A stretch of DNA of 64,000 bases from an uncultured Chloroflexia bacterium (GTDB lineage Bacteria > Chloroflexota > Anaerolineae > JAAYZQ01). Positions within the stretch are counted from its first letter, which is position 1. Every line of letters begins with the position of its first letter. This document shows, in pieces, positions 39,808-52,550 of this stretch. The stretch covers positions 1,376,001-1,440,000 of the forward strand of contig CAVOXA010000001.1 in assembly GCA_963700285.1 (NCBI GenBank), in the 5' to 3' direction. The position numbers and the translations under genes are program-made. Below the pieces are notes generated by a model. It was not told where the DNA came from, searched no databases, and was given only the letters and a program-made list of their open reading frames with translations.

Positions 39808-40725
39808 TCACAGTACGATACCAATGGAGAAAAGGATGCTGAAGAGGAGGTCAAGGGTTGCTGTGCCTGCCAAGGCTTTGTTCAGAGGCGCACCATCGAC
39901 GGTCCGGTAAATGGTGCGTACCAGTCTCACCGCCAGCGGGATAGTCAACCATGGGAGCAGCACCCAGGTCGATGCCAAGTCTGTGACCCAGAGCACCATG
40001 GGGACAGCCAAGGCTGCGGCCAGGAGCGCCACGTATTCGATGCGGGTGGCCTGCGGGCCGATCCTGACCGCCAAGGTGCGTTTACCTGCCTGCCTGTCGG
40101 TATCGATGTCTCGCAGGTTATTCACCACCAGGATCGCTGTAGTCAGCGCGCCGATGGGGACGGCAGCGAGGAACACCCAGGGTTCCATGCTGAGCACCTG
40201 TATATAGTAGGTTCCACAGACGCCAGCCAGTCCAAAGAAGACAAAGACAAACAGGTCACCGAGACCGTGATAGCCTATGGGAAAGGGCCCGCCGGTGTAG
40301 GCTACGGCCGAGATCAGGGAGGCAATGCCCACCACGAGGATTGGCCAGCCTCCAATAAGGATGAGATATAGCCCGACCAGGGCGGCAAGTGCAAAAGTGA
40401 TGGCCATACCGGTACGAAGTTGGGGCAGTGAGATCAGTCCACTTTGGGCTACCCTGGTTGGTCCTTTGCGCCCGGCCGTGTCGGCTCCCTGGACGTAGTC
40501 AAAATAGTCATTGGCCAGATTGGTGCCGATCTGGATGAGCAGTGCAGCCACCAGCGTGGCTAGCGCGGGCAAAGGCGAGAAAGCACCGTTCGACCAGGCC
40601 AGGGCGGTCCCGACCAGCACGGGCGCAACGGCTGCCGGCAGTGTTTTGGGGCGAATAGCCATCAGCCAGGCCTGCCCCTGCCCCGGGGAGATCGCTTCCG
40701 AATGAGTCATTTGACGGTCTTTCAC
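39808..40725 (-). CDS. menA: 1,4-dihydroxy-2-naphthoate polyprenyltransferase
   Basis: AIRPKTLPAA, NLANDYFD...GAD, YTGGPFPIGYHGLGD, VNNLRDIDTD..AGKRTLAVR. Confidence 0.96.
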   Translation of the reverse strand: MKDRQMTHSEAISPGQGQAWLMAIRPKTLPAAVAPVLVGTALAWSNGAFSPLPALATLVAALLIQIGTNLANDYFDYVQGADTAGRKGPTRVAQSGLISLPQLRTGMAITFALAALVGLYLILIGGWPILVVGIASLISAVAYTGGPFPIGYHGLGDLFVFVFFGLAGVCGTYYIQVLSMEPWVFLAAVPIGALTTAILVVNNLRDIDTDRQAGKRTLAVRIGPQATRIEYVALLAAALAVPMVLWVTDLASTWVLLPWLTIPLAVRLVRTIYRTVDGAPLNKALAGTATLDLLFSILFSIGIVL

Positions 40726-40757
40726 GTTTGGTTCAACGGAGGTAGCTATCTTCCACC

Positions 40758-41780
40758 TCAGGGGAGGTAGCTGTCATCTACCATCCGCTCGTAGGGAATG
40801 TCTTCCCCGATAAGGCCCATGTCCAGGGCCCAGCTTACCACGTCGGCCAATTGCTCGGGGGTTGGCACGCTGGCTTCTGGGAAAGGCGGCATTTGGTAGG
40901 TGCCCTGGATCGACTCCGGCACTCGCCCTTTCTCTATGAGCAATGCCTTGTATTCCTCGGGGTTGTTGTTCAACTCGGCCACGGCCATCTCCCATGCCTT
41001 CAGGAACTTGCGTATAGCCTCTGGCTTGCCCTCCAGAGACTCGGTGCTGAAGGCGAGGATAGATTGCGAGAGTTCGGGCACCGAAGTATCATCCACGATG
41101 AGTACCGCCCCCGCAGCCATGGCTCCGGAAGCCAAGGGATCGGGCAGCGTGGCGGCCGGGATCTCGCCATTGATCAGCAGCTCAAAGCGCACGGGGATGG
41201 CACTCACCTCCTGGGTAGCGATCTTGTCGGAGGGGACCCCAGCATTCTCCATCATCCGGTCGGTAATGTACTCGATAACCGTGTTCTGGGCGCTGCCAAT
41301 GGCTACACCCGCCAGGTCTAAGGGGGAAGTGGCTGTACTGCCAGGGGCGGCCAGAGTACGGAACAGCGGTGAATTAGGGTAGACCCTACGCGCGGTGCGG
41401 ACTGCCTTGACCTGAGCCTCGTCCTGATTAAAGAGCACCGGGGAGAGCAGGTCCGTGAGCATGCCATCGACCTGGCCCGTCTGCATCAGCGTATCGCGCT
41501 CTTGTCCGCTCTTGACGGGCACCAATTCAACCTGCACGCCAACTTGCTCAAAATAGCCGTTCTGCTGGGCAACGTGAAAGGGTAGGACATCCTGGACCGG
41601 TAGCAGGGCCATCTTGAGCACCTGGAGGCCGCCCGCTGAATCCGGGGCAGACAGTGGTGACTGCGTCGTGCCGGCATCCGCCTCGGGGCCGGTGGCTGGT
41701 TCCTGGCCTCCGCAGCTAGCCAGAATCAAGGTCACGATGACCAAGACTGGCGGTACCATCCAGCACATGCGTTTGCTCAC
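40758..41780 (-). CDS. ABC substrate-binding lipoprotein (SsuA/NMT1-like)
   Basis: Lipobox LILASC; LPVQDVLPFHVAQQNGYF, NTVIEY, ATLPDPLA; RBS GAGGAGG. Confidence 0.88.
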   Translation of the reverse strand: MSKRMCWMVPPVLVIVTLILASCGGQEPATGPEADAGTTQSPLSAPDSAGGLQVLKMALLPVQDVLPFHVAQQNGYFEQVGVQVELVPVKSGQERDTLMQTGQVDGMLTDLLSPVLFNQDEAQVKAVRTARRVYPNSPLFRTLAAPGSTATSPLDLAGVAIGSAQNTVIEYITDRMMENAGVPSDKIATQEVSAIPVRFELLINGEIPAATLPDPLASGAMAAGAVLIVDDTSVPELSQSILAFSTESLEGKPEAIRKFLKAWEMAVAELNNNPEEYKALLIEKGRVPESIQGTYQMPPFPEASVPTPEQLADVVSWALDMGLIGEDIPYERMVDDSYLP

Positions 41781-42054
41781 TGGGACAAGCCTCCTCTATT
41801 GCTTGGATTCTCTCATTATGATAAGCTATCCCGTCCACAGGGCTGTAAGGCTTGACACCGAAGCGATCGCACGTCGGCGCAGGCCTTTGAGAGGCATCTT
41901 GGTTACGGGCTTTGGTGGATGGTCCGTCCAGCACCAAATGAAGGCCCGAGTGCCATGACCCGGGGACAGGCTGAGTTTGGTGGCCGAAACTATACCATAG
42001 AAAGTGGGTGCCAGCAAGTTCCATGGACCCGGCGGAGTGCAGCCTGACAGCAGC

Positions 42055-42083
42055 TTGACAGAAAGGGCGACAGCCGCTACAAT
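42055..42083 (+). promoter_or_regulatory. sigma70 promoter
   Basis: TTGACA-17 bp-TACAAT. Confidence 0.65.
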
Positions 42084-42161
42084 GCGAGCTGGCTGGCAAG
42101 CCTTGTAGATTCTCATTGACGGGTGTAGCAAGGCGGGCAGATCGATCTGGAGGGTAGATTG

Positions 42162-42749
42162 ATGGACGAAACCGTTACTGCATGTCTAGCGCTTGGTCGA
42201 CGCTACGGCTTTGAAGAGGAACACAGTTGCCAGGATGCGAGGCTGGCAGTGCGCATATTTGACCTGACCTATGACCTTCACCACCTGGATGACGAGTACC
42301 GGGATCTCCTCTACTTTGCCGGTCTTTTGCACGACATTGGCTACGTTGAGGGGTACTGGGGGCATCACAAGACCGCCTACAGGCTTATCATCAAGGCGGA
42401 CCTGCCGGGACTGACAGAGCGTGAGAAGCGGATCGTGGCCAACGTGGCCCGCTACCACCGAGGACCCACGCCCAAGCTAGGGCATGCCGGCTTTGCTGCG
42501 CTGGACCTGGATGATCGCGAGATCGTAACCATGCTGGGCTCAATCTTGCGACTGGCCGATGGTCTGGACCGCGGGCATACTGATGCTGTCCAAGACCTGG
42601 ACGCTTGGCTGGAGGGTGATGACCTGACGTTGTTGGTAGATTGCCCCCTGGGCTGTAGCGCCGAGATCTGGGCTGGAGAAAAGAAGGGCCGTTTCTTTAG
42701 CGACGTGTTTGACGTACGGGTTCGGGTACGCCAGCGCGCGGATGCTTGA
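42162..42749 (+). CDS. Stand-alone HD-domain protein (Ppx/GppA C-terminal-like)
   Basis: LLHDIG, HHKTAY, VARYHR, ILRLADGLDRGH. Confidence 0.85.
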   Translation: MDETVTACLALGRRYGFEEEHSCQDARLAVRIFDLTYDLHHLDDEYRDLLYFAGLLHDIGYVEGYWGHHKTAYRLIIKADLPGLTEREKRIVANVARYHRGPTPKLGHAGFAALDLDDREIVTMLGSILRLADGLDRGHTDAVQDLDAWLEGDDLTLLVDCPLGCSAEIWAGEKKGRFFSDVFDVRVRVRQRADA

Positions 42750-42845
42750 AGGCTGCAAATCAAGTTGCCAACTTGCTCTACCTATGGTACACTGACCCCC
42801 GCAGGTCAAAAGGCATAGGGTCTGACCCAGTTGCGGAGAGGCAAC

Positions 42846-43931
42846 ATGTACCGGCTGTTGGTAATCAATCCCGGTTCGACGTCCACCAAGGTTGCTGTCT
42901 ATGAAGATGAGCAGCCTTTGTTCGTTGAGACGCTGCGACACTCCAGCCAGGAGATAGGCACGTTCACGCACATCCTGGACCAATATGACTTGCGTCTTGA
43001 TGTCATTCTGGGACTCCTGCGCCAGCGCCAAATCCCCCTTGCCTCTCTGTCAGGGGTTGTGAGCAGGGGTGGCTTGCTGCGACCTATCCCCAGCGGAACC
43101 TACGGCGTGAACGGGAAAATGGTATCTGAGCTGTCCCGGCGGGACAAGGAGCGGGAGCATGCCTCAAACCTGGGTGCGCTGATAGCCAGAGAGATCGCTG
43201 GGCAAGTGGGTGTGCCCGCTTACATCGTCGATCCGGTATGCGTGGACGAATTCGAGGACCTGGCCCGAGTTTCGGGCTTACCCGAGATCGAGCGCAAGAG
43301 CCTTTCTCATGCGCTGAACCTGAAGGCCACGGCCCGGCGAGCGGCCCAGGATCTGGGACGGCCCTACGGTGAACTCGACCTGGTGGTCGTCCACCTGGGC
43401 GGCGGCATTTCGGTGACGGCGCATCGGCGGGGCCAAATGGTGGACGTGAATCAGGCCCTGGATGGGACAGGCCCCTTTGCGCCAGAGCGCTCGGGCGGGC
43501 TGCCCGTGGGAGACGTGGTCCGACTCTGTTTTGGCATAGCTCCGTACGAGGGGATGAACCTGACCTACGATGAGATGTTCAAGAAACTGGCTGGGCACGG
43601 AGGACTGGTCGCTCACCTGGGCACCAACAACGCACTCGAGGTGGAACAGCGCATCACCGCAGGTGATGAGCATGCAAAGCTGGTCTATGAAGCCATGGCC
43701 TACCAGATTGCCAAGGAGATCGGCTCGATGGCTACCGTCCTGAAGGGGGTTGTTGATGGCATCGCCATCGCAGGAGGTCTAGCTCACTCGGAGATGCTGA
43801 TAGGCTGGATCCGTGAGCGAGTGTCCTGGATTGCCCCTGTACTCGTCTATCCTGGGGAGGATGAGATGCTGGCCCTGGCCCAAGGTGCTCTTCGAGTGCT
43901 CAGCGGGACCGAGCCAGCGTGGGAGTATTGA
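42846..43931 (+). CDS. buk: Butyrate kinase
   Basis: INPGSTSTK, RGGLLRP, HASNLG, DPVCVDE, HALNLKA, HLGGGISV. Confidence 0.95.
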   Translation: MYRLLVINPGSTSTKVAVYEDEQPLFVETLRHSSQEIGTFTHILDQYDLRLDVILGLLRQRQIPLASLSGVVSRGGLLRPIPSGTYGVNGKMVSELSRRDKEREHASNLGALIAREIAGQVGVPAYIVDPVCVDEFEDLARVSGLPEIERKSLSHALNLKATARRAAQDLGRPYGELDLVVVHLGGGISVTAHRRGQMVDVNQALDGTGPFAPERSGGLPVGDVVRLCFGIAPYEGMNLTYDEMFKKLAGHGGLVAHLGTNNALEVEQRITAGDEHAKLVYEAMAYQIAKEIGSMATVLKGVVDGIAIAGGLAHSEMLIGWIRERVSWIAPVLVYPGEDEMLALAQGALRVLSGTEPAWEY

Positions 43932-44162
43932 ACTCGGGTTTTCAAAGCAGCGACCGTGCTGGGCAACTCGCACCGGATAGGGATCTCGCCTCGGGCCCGG
44001 ACACCCAGTCACTGTCGCAGGCAGCCCTCGCCAGGTGAAGTAGGGCTCGTCCGAGTTCTGCCATGCCTGGCCCGAGCAGAATCAGACTAGATCTGGCGCG
44101 AGATCGGACACCGGAGAGAGCGCTGCCAGCCGAACCATACTACATGAGGAGCTTGAACCAAG

Positions 44163-45323
44163 ATGCAAGTTGCAGAGAGAGTCGCCAACCTACCGCCCTA
44201 CATCTTTGCCCAAGTGGGCCGTCGTATACGCGAACTGCAGGCCCAGGGGATGGATATCATCCGCTTGGACATCGGCAGCCCTGACCTTCCGCCGCCCGAT
44301 TTCATCCTCGATGCCATGTTTCGTTCAGCGCAGGATGGGGCCAAACATGGCTATGGGGGCTACTATGGTACGCCTGCCTTGCGCGCGGCAATGTCGACCT
44401 ACTACCTGCAGCGCTTCGGGGTGGAACTCGATCCGGATAGGGAGGTCGCTCCTCTGATTGGCTCCAAGGAGGGCATCGTTAACACGGCGCTGGCCTTTGT
44501 GGACCCAGGCAGCACGGTACTGGTGCCTGATCCGGGCTATCCGACCTACACGTTGGGGACACTGCTGGCAGGGGGAGAAACGTATGCTATGCCCCTGCTG
44601 CCCGAGAATGACTTTCTTCCTGACCTGGATGCGATTCCCGACGAGGTCGCACGGTCCGCCCGAATCCTGTGGCTGAACTATCCTAACAATCCAACCGGCG
44701 CCGTTGCGCCATTGTCGTTTTTTGAGCGCGTGGTGGCCTTTGGCAAACGGCATGATATACTCATCTGCCACGACAACCCCTACTGCGATGTGACCTTCGG
44801 CGGCTATACGGCCCCGAGCATCCTCCAGGTGCCGGGCGCGATGGATGTGGCGCTGGAGTTCAACTCGTTGTCCAAGGCCTACAACATGGCTGGCTGGCGG
44901 GTGGGCATGGCCGTTGGCAATGCTACTGCCGCCCAGACGCTTGCCCGGACAAAGACCAACATCGATTCGGGCATCTTTCTGGCCATCCAGGATGCGTCTA
45001 TCGTGGCCTTGACTGGAGACCAATCGTGGCTGAAGGATCGCAACGAGATCTACCACGAGCGGCAGGATGTGATCTTGGCTGGCCTTGGGGAGGTCGGGAT
45101 GCGGGCGAGCAAGCCGCAGGCTAGCCTGTACATTTGGGCTGAGACGCCGGAGGGCTACTCCTCGGAGTCATTCGCCACGCGATTGCTGGAAGAAGCGGGC
45201 ATTAGCATCGGGGCAGGAACCATATTTGGTCTGCACGGAGAGGGTTATCTGCGCATCTCGCTGGGCATGAGCACTGAGCGCATCCGCGAGGCCATGGAGC
45301 GGCTCAAAAGCTTCTCTTTCTAA
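44163..45323 (+). CDS. dapL: LL-diaminopimelate aminotransferase-like class I PLP aminotransferase
   Basis: LIGSKEGI, NYPNNPTG, SLSKAYNMAGWRVG, KTNIDSGIF. Confidence 0.75.
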   Translation: MQVAERVANLPPYIFAQVGRRIRELQAQGMDIIRLDIGSPDLPPPDFILDAMFRSAQDGAKHGYGGYYGTPALRAAMSTYYLQRFGVELDPDREVAPLIGSKEGIVNTALAFVDPGSTVLVPDPGYPTYTLGTLLAGGETYAMPLLPENDFLPDLDAIPDEVARSARILWLNYPNNPTGAVAPLSFFERVVAFGKRHDILICHDNPYCDVTFGGYTAPSILQVPGAMDVALEFNSLSKAYNMAGWRVGMAVGNATAAQTLARTKTNIDSGIFLAIQDASIVALTGDQSWLKDRNEIYHERQDVILAGLGEVGMRASKPQASLYIWAETPEGYSSESFATRLLEEAGISIGAGTIFGLHGEGYLRISLGMSTERIREAMERLKSFSF

Positions 45324-45351
45324 GTAGAGGTGGGTTATCGAGCATAGATCA

Positions 45352-46665
45352 GTGGAAACCGCGGCTCCTGTCCAGCGGGCATTGCTGGTAGGGATCCAAC
45401 TGAAGGGCCATAGTAGCAGTTGGGGCATCGAGGATTCTCTGGTGGAGTTGTGCCAGCTTTCCCACACGGCCGGGCTGGAGGTCGCAGGCCAGACGTGGCA
45501 GCGCCTGCACAGCTTCAATCCGGCCACGCTGGTCGGCTCGGGCAAGGTAGAGGAATTGGTCGAGTTGCGCCGAGACCTGGCCTGCGACTTGATTGTCTTT
45601 GATGACGAACTTTCCCCTCGGCAGCTGCGGAACCTGGAAGAGGCAGTTGGGGATGATGTCCAGGTCTTGGACCGGACAGGGCTGATCCTCGATATCTTTG
45701 CCCAGCACGCCAGGACGCGGGAAGGCCAGCTCCAAGTGGAATTGGCCCAGTACCAGTACCGGCTGCCTCGTCTGACCCGAGCTTGGACGCACCTGGCACG
45801 CCAGGCTGGTGGCGGCGCGGCCCGAGGGGGAAGCGGCGGGGTGGGTCTGCGCGGGCCCGGCGAGACCCAGCTCGAGGTAGACCGGCGGGAGATCGGACGG
45901 CGCATTTCCCGGATCAAGGCAGATCTGGAGGTGGTGCGCCGGCATCGCCAGCTCCACCGGCGGCAGCGGAAACGGACGGCAGTGCCGGTGGTAGCCATTG
46001 TAGGCTATACCAATGCAGGCAAGTCGACGTTGCTCAATGCGTTGTCCGGGGCCTCGGTCCTCAGCGAAGACAAGCTCTTTGCTACCCTGGATCCGACGAC
46101 GAGGCGAGTGACGCTGCCCAATGGGCGCGATGTCCTTTTCTCCGATACGGTAGGTTTTATTCAAAAGCTGCCAACAGAGTTGGTCGCTGCCTTCCGGGCC
46201 ACTCTGGAGGAGATCAACGAGGCGGACCTGATCCTGCACGTGGTGGACATCGCGCACCCTAACGCCTGCCAACAGAGCGAAACCGTGATGGAGACGCTTG
46301 CTGAACTGGGCGTCGTAGACCAGCCAGTGCTGACCATACTGAACAAGATCGATGGCCTGCCCGGCAGAGTCCCGAGTGCGGACTGCCTGGATCTATTCCC
46401 GGACAGTGTGGCGGTCTCGGCCCTGGAGGGGCAGGGCCTGGACCTTCTCCTGGCGAGAGTCGAGGAAGTCCTTGGGGCCGAGTTGGTCCCCGTTGAAGTC
46501 CAGATTCCCTACGAACGAGGTGATCTCGCAGCGCTCTTCCACGAGCAGGGTACTGTAGTAACTGTGAGGCATGATGGAGAGGGCACAACCCTGTCAGGTT
46601 ATCTGCCCCGCCGCTGGATGGAGGGCTTTCGGCCCTACGTGGTCCAGGCGAGCGGGATCCGGTGA
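45352..46665 (+). CDS. hflX: GTPase HflX
   Basis: [38 protein letters not shown]. Confidence 0.97.
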   Translation: METAAPVQRALLVGIQLKGHSSSWGIEDSLVELCQLSHTAGLEVAGQTWQRLHSFNPATLVGSGKVEELVELRRDLACDLIVFDDELSPRQLRNLEEAVGDDVQVLDRTGLILDIFAQHARTREGQLQVELAQYQYRLPRLTRAWTHLARQAGGGAARGGSGGVGLRGPGETQLEVDRREIGRRISRIKADLEVVRRHRQLHRRQRKRTAVPVVAIVGYTNAGKSTLLNALSGASVLSEDKLFATLDPTTRRVTLPNGRDVLFSDTVGFIQKLPTELVAAFRATLEEINEADLILHVVDIAHPNACQQSETVMETLAELGVVDQPVLTILNKIDGLPGRVPSADCLDLFPDSVAVSALEGQGLDLLLARVEEVLGAELVPVEVQIPYERGDLAALFHEQGTVVTVRHDGEGTTLSGYLPRRWMEGFRPYVVQASGIR

Positions 46666-46873
46666 GGTGGGGCTTCCCCCTGGATAACGTTACATGGCCT
46701 TGCGCCGTGGCCAGTAGTCCACGCCGAGCACAAAGGGTTGCGGTTCCGTATTCCTCTCCATGGCTGAACCATGTCCTACTTTTTGATGGGTAGAGGTCTG
46801 CCACCGAGCCCAATGGCGCTGCGGCCAGGGCGGATGCGACAGCGGTCAGGGGATCCTGCCGAACAAGCAGAGA

Positions 46874-48900
<2,027 letters not shown>

Positions 48901-49142
48901 TGCTCTTGCCTCCGCGCACCACCGGACGGTAGTGTTTGTATGCTGGCGTGGGGCGCCAATCTAGCCTTCTTCCCCGAATCCGCGACTGGATAGGGAGCAC
49001 TGCCTCTGAGTCCCTCACTTATCACGGGATGAATCAACCAGAGCTGGTGCGAAAGCCAAGCTACATCTAGGGCCGCCTGGCGAGCCACTGCAAGACGTTG
49101 CTGTGGAATCCACGCAGACGGCCAGTACCTCTGATGCCGTTC

Positions 49143-49171
49143 ATTATACACCGCATGCAGAGTGTCTGCAA
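49143..49171 (-). promoter_or_regulatory. sigma70 promoter upstream of ligA
   Basis: Minus strand TTGCAG-17 bp-TATAAT. Confidence 0.55.
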
Positions 49172-49509
49172 GGGTGCGATCGCCAGGAAGCAGAACGGAT
49201 GAACCTCCGATGTGCGTCTCAGCTGGGTGGAAGCGGTATTCAGTACTTCTCAATGTGCGTTGCTAGTCAGTGCCTTGGCCGCGCAGGATCCCAATTACAG
49301 AGACCAAGGTATCCGCTTCGCCCACATGGCCCGGGTAGTGTCCACGCAAGGTTGGGTCACTACGACTCAGGACCGAGGATTCTGTTTTGTGAGCACGCGC
49401 CACCTACACCAGATTGCCTGCGCTCTCCCGATTCATGGCTATGGTCTCTGCCAGGGGTATCGTCGAAAGTTGGCCATGATGTAGAAGCAAGTTTCGGCTT
49501 CCAGGCACT

Positions 49510-50401
49510 CTACGATCCTGCTGGCGTCCCGATGCCCAACAGATCTGCGATGTTGGCCTGGGGATCGATCACTGGTTCAATTAGCGATGTCCCGCAAGTC
49601 ATGAGCGTCGTGACTCCTGGACCGTGCCCGGCGCGTAGACAGTCGCTGTGAACCACGACGCCAATGGTAACGGCCCCCTGTCGATAAGCCCTTCCGTACC
49701 GATTGTCGTGATCCATCAATGCTACGAAATCCCCGAATCGGATCTTGTCCAGTTGATATTCCTCCATGGTTCCTGGATCACTGGTTACAATGTCATAGTC
49801 GCCTTTGGCCACGTGCGCTGCGCCAATGCCCGATCCCAGCGCGGCCGCGGGTACGATGGTCGTCACCGGAACCTGTAACCCTGTCCCTCCCGACTCTTTG
49901 ATCTTCATCTTGTGCAACAGCGTGGGGTCAAGGTTGAAGAGCACAATATCCGGGTAGTCGACCAACCTCAGCCCCTGGCCTTGGGCGTGAATCATGATTT
50001 TGTCATCGTAGGTGAGATCCTTTTTCACCTCGTAGGGAAAATCGACCATGACGTGCTCTGATCCTCCGTGGTGGCCCAGGACGTAGCCGGTCGCACCCTC
50101 CACTTTCCCGGAGATGACCTTTGCCTTGTTGCCCACGCAGGCAAACACTTGGAGGGATACGTTTGGATGCTCAAAGGGTTTCATCGTGTCAGCGGTACAG
50201 CTCACGCCGGGCTCGACGTGGTCTCCCGCCCAGCCAAATGCAGAGTCGCCCACCTGAATGTTCAGCGTGATGCCGCCAATCCCGGGCAGGATGAAGGGGG
50301 TTCCCTGATGGTCGATACCCCAGGTCCCCCTCGTCTTGGGCGGACCGGCTTGACATTGTAGCAGGAATTCTACGATTCTTGTCTTCATTTGTCTTGAGCA
50401 T
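49510..50401 (-). CDS. DUF4438-family protein (frameshift after about codon 8)
   Basis: MLKTNEDK start at 50401 with RBS GGAG, continuing in a second frame: [38 protein letters not shown]. Confidence 0.75.
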
Positions 50402-50464
50402 GTTTTCTCCAATCTGATAGTATGGTTCTCGGAACGTGGGTTCCGGGCTCGACTGCCCAGCACG

Positions 50465-51640
50465 TCAATAGGTCAGGCGCGACGTGGTTTGGATTCCTCT
50501 TTTTTGTAGCTCCCTGACAAAGGGTTCATAGGGCACATCGTTTACGGCCGCGACCAGACCCCGCTTGCTAATCTGGCCGGAGGCGATCATCTGGGCGCCG
50601 ATGCTGGCCGTGTAGCCCACGGTGCGGCACATGGCCGTGTGGCCTGTTTCCAGGTCGCGCAGGTCGATGACCTCGTGCAGGACGCGCGCCCTCTTGCCGT
50701 CCTTCCAGCCTGCCACATCGATGCGCACTACCACCACGTCCCGCTCGTGATCGCCGTATTGGATTTGTGGTTCGATGATGGCGGCCAGAAAGTGCTTGCG
50801 GTCCACGGTCATGCCGTCAACCAACACTGGCTCATCGTCGAGGAGATGGAGGTCCACCAGCGTCTGCCACAGGGCGCAGTGGCCGGGCCAGCGCAGCACG
50901 TAGCGCCCCAAGTTGCGCAGCCCAGAGGGGTCAAGCCCAAGCAGCCTGGCGTATGTCAACGCATCGCCGTTGGGAAAAGCCTCCAGCCGTCCCAGACCCT
51001 CAAGCTCGACCTCGTGGATGTTCTGTGGTAGGAACATCTCAGTGGCGCCGATGTCGACGATCTGTCCATCTCGGATCACGCGTCCGGCGCGCAGATAGGA
51101 CCTGAGCACCCCGTCAAAGGTCCAGGTCACTTTGTACTTGAGCGCACCCGTGGCTGCGGCTGGTTCGGGAAAGCCCGCGCCGTAGGTGATAATCTCCTCG
51201 ACGCTGTCCAGCGAGCGAACGGCCTCTCCCAGCAATACCAGGTCGATGCCAGGGTCCATGCCGAACTCGGGCAGGAGGGTGATGTTCTTCGCTTTGGCCT
51301 CGTCTGCCAGACTGGCCAGGCCTGACGTGACATAAGATGCATTGACCAGGTGCACTCCAAGCGCAACGGCTGCGCGGGCCACGTTGTCGTGAAAGATCAT
51401 GGGCATGAGGTCGATGACCGTGTCCGGCCGGCTAGCCATTAATCTCTCGATGCTGGCCGGGTCCGAAGCGTCAACCGGCTCGCAGATCACCTTATCGCCG
51501 TACGCCTGGTGATCGACGTGGTCTACGAGGGCATTGAAATCCCGATCGGCAGCGACGACCTGCTCTACTGCCTCGCTTGCCGCCAAATCGTGGAGGGCTG
51601 CCTTTCCTTGCATGCCTACGCCCAGAAGCAGGATCCTCAT
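50465..51640 (-). CDS. Saccharopine dehydrogenase / lysine 6-dehydrogenase family protein
   Basis: [34 protein letters not shown]. Confidence 0.88.
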   Translation of the reverse strand: MRILLLGVGMQGKAALHDLAASEAVEQVVAADRDFNALVDHVDHQAYGDKVICEPVDASDPASIERLMASRPDTVIDLMPMIFHDNVARAAVALGVHLVNASYVTSGLASLADEAKAKNITLLPEFGMDPGIDLVLLGEAVRSLDSVEEIITYGAGFPEPAAATGALKYKVTWTFDGVLRSYLRAGRVIRDGQIVDIGATEMFLPQNIHEVELEGLGRLEAFPNGDALTYARLLGLDPSGLRNLGRYVLRWPGHCALWQTLVDLHLLDDEPVLVDGMTVDRKHFLAAIIEPQIQYGDHERDVVVVRIDVAGWKDGKRARVLHEVIDLRDLETGHTAMCRTVGYTASIGAQMIASGQISKRGLVAAVNDVPYEPFVRELQKRGIQTTSRLTY

Positions 51641-51652
51641 GGTTCTTTCTCC

Positions 51653-52531
51653 TCACGTATCGCTGATGTTCGGGGCGAAATCAGCCCGAAATCTTGTCGG
51701 GATGCGGACAGGCCTGCCACTTTTGACATCAACCCAGGCCCAAAGCGTACGCGCGCGTGCCAGCGGCGCTCCATCGCTGACCCGGGTCAGGACAAAGTGT
51801 CGGAGCACCGTCGTATGCTTCATGTCGGAGGCCCAGGTCGCCACTTCCACATCGTCGTCCAGGATGGCTGGCTGCTTGTACTCGAGTTGATGGCGCCGGG
51901 CGATGATGGCAAAGCCTTCTGCTTGCATGCGCTCCGGCGGCCAACCGTAGGCTGCAGCTAGCTGAAGGGCACAGTCCTCAATGTAGGCCAGGTACACAGC
52001 ATTGTTCACGTGTTGCGCCGGGTCCAGGTCCCGCCATTCGACCCGGCGCCGCTGGTGGAATACCTCCGGGGGGACAGGTGCTGGGGATGGAAACCGGGGG
52101 CGGGGGGGCGCTGAATCAGGCGGCCCTTCGGGCCAGAAGCCGCTGATCATCTCTGCTGGGATAGGGGTGGGCCGGTGGGTCGCAGTGTTCAGGTATACCC
52201 AGTCGGTCATCCCCCGTGCTGCCAGTTCCCCCGTTGAGGCAATGCGTAGCTCGTAAGCACGGCGGGAACGAACCCGTCGGAAATCAACCACCCAGGTCTT
52301 GATTTCCACCGAGTCGCCGTAGCGCAGGGGACACAAATACTCGACGTCGGTCTCACGGACCAGCCAGTGGCAGCCCATGGCCTCGTAGCGTGCCATGTCA
52401 TAGCCGGCCGCCGCAGAGGCGTCAAAGGCTGCCTCTTGCATGTAGCGCAAATAGTTGACATTGTTGACGTGTCCATACCTGTCGCATTCATAGTGGCGTA
52501 CCCGGAACGCTCGGACATGGGTCAGGGCCAT
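51653..52531 (-). CDS. Tandem hot-dog acyl-CoA/ACP thioesterase
   Basis: Two 4HBT motifs: ECDRYGHVNNVNY and DLDPAQHVNNAVY. Confidence 0.9.
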   Translation of the reverse strand: MALTHVRAFRVRHYECDRYGHVNNVNYLRYMQEAAFDASAAAGYDMARYEAMGCHWLVRETDVEYLCPLRYGDSVEIKTWVVDFRRVRSRRAYELRIASTGELAARGMTDWVYLNTATHRPTPIPAEMISGFWPEGPPDSAPPRPRFPSPAPVPPEVFHQRRRVEWRDLDPAQHVNNAVYLAYIEDCALQLAAAYGWPPERMQAEGFAIIARRHQLEYKQPAILDDDVEVATWASDMKHTTVLRHFVLTRVSDGAPLARARTLWAWVDVKSGRPVRIPTRFRADFAPNISDT

Positions 52532-52550
52532 GGTGTTCTCCCGTCCATCC

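Noticed and set aside
41781-41990. Hairpin-rich leader upstream of the SBP-menA operon as a riboswitch
   Set aside because: No known aptamer motif recognised, and a proximal -10-like CATAAT could bypass it
43930-44160. Lysine riboswitch before dapL
   Set aside because: Lacks the AGAGG.GC, GAAAGG and GCCGAA conserved blocks
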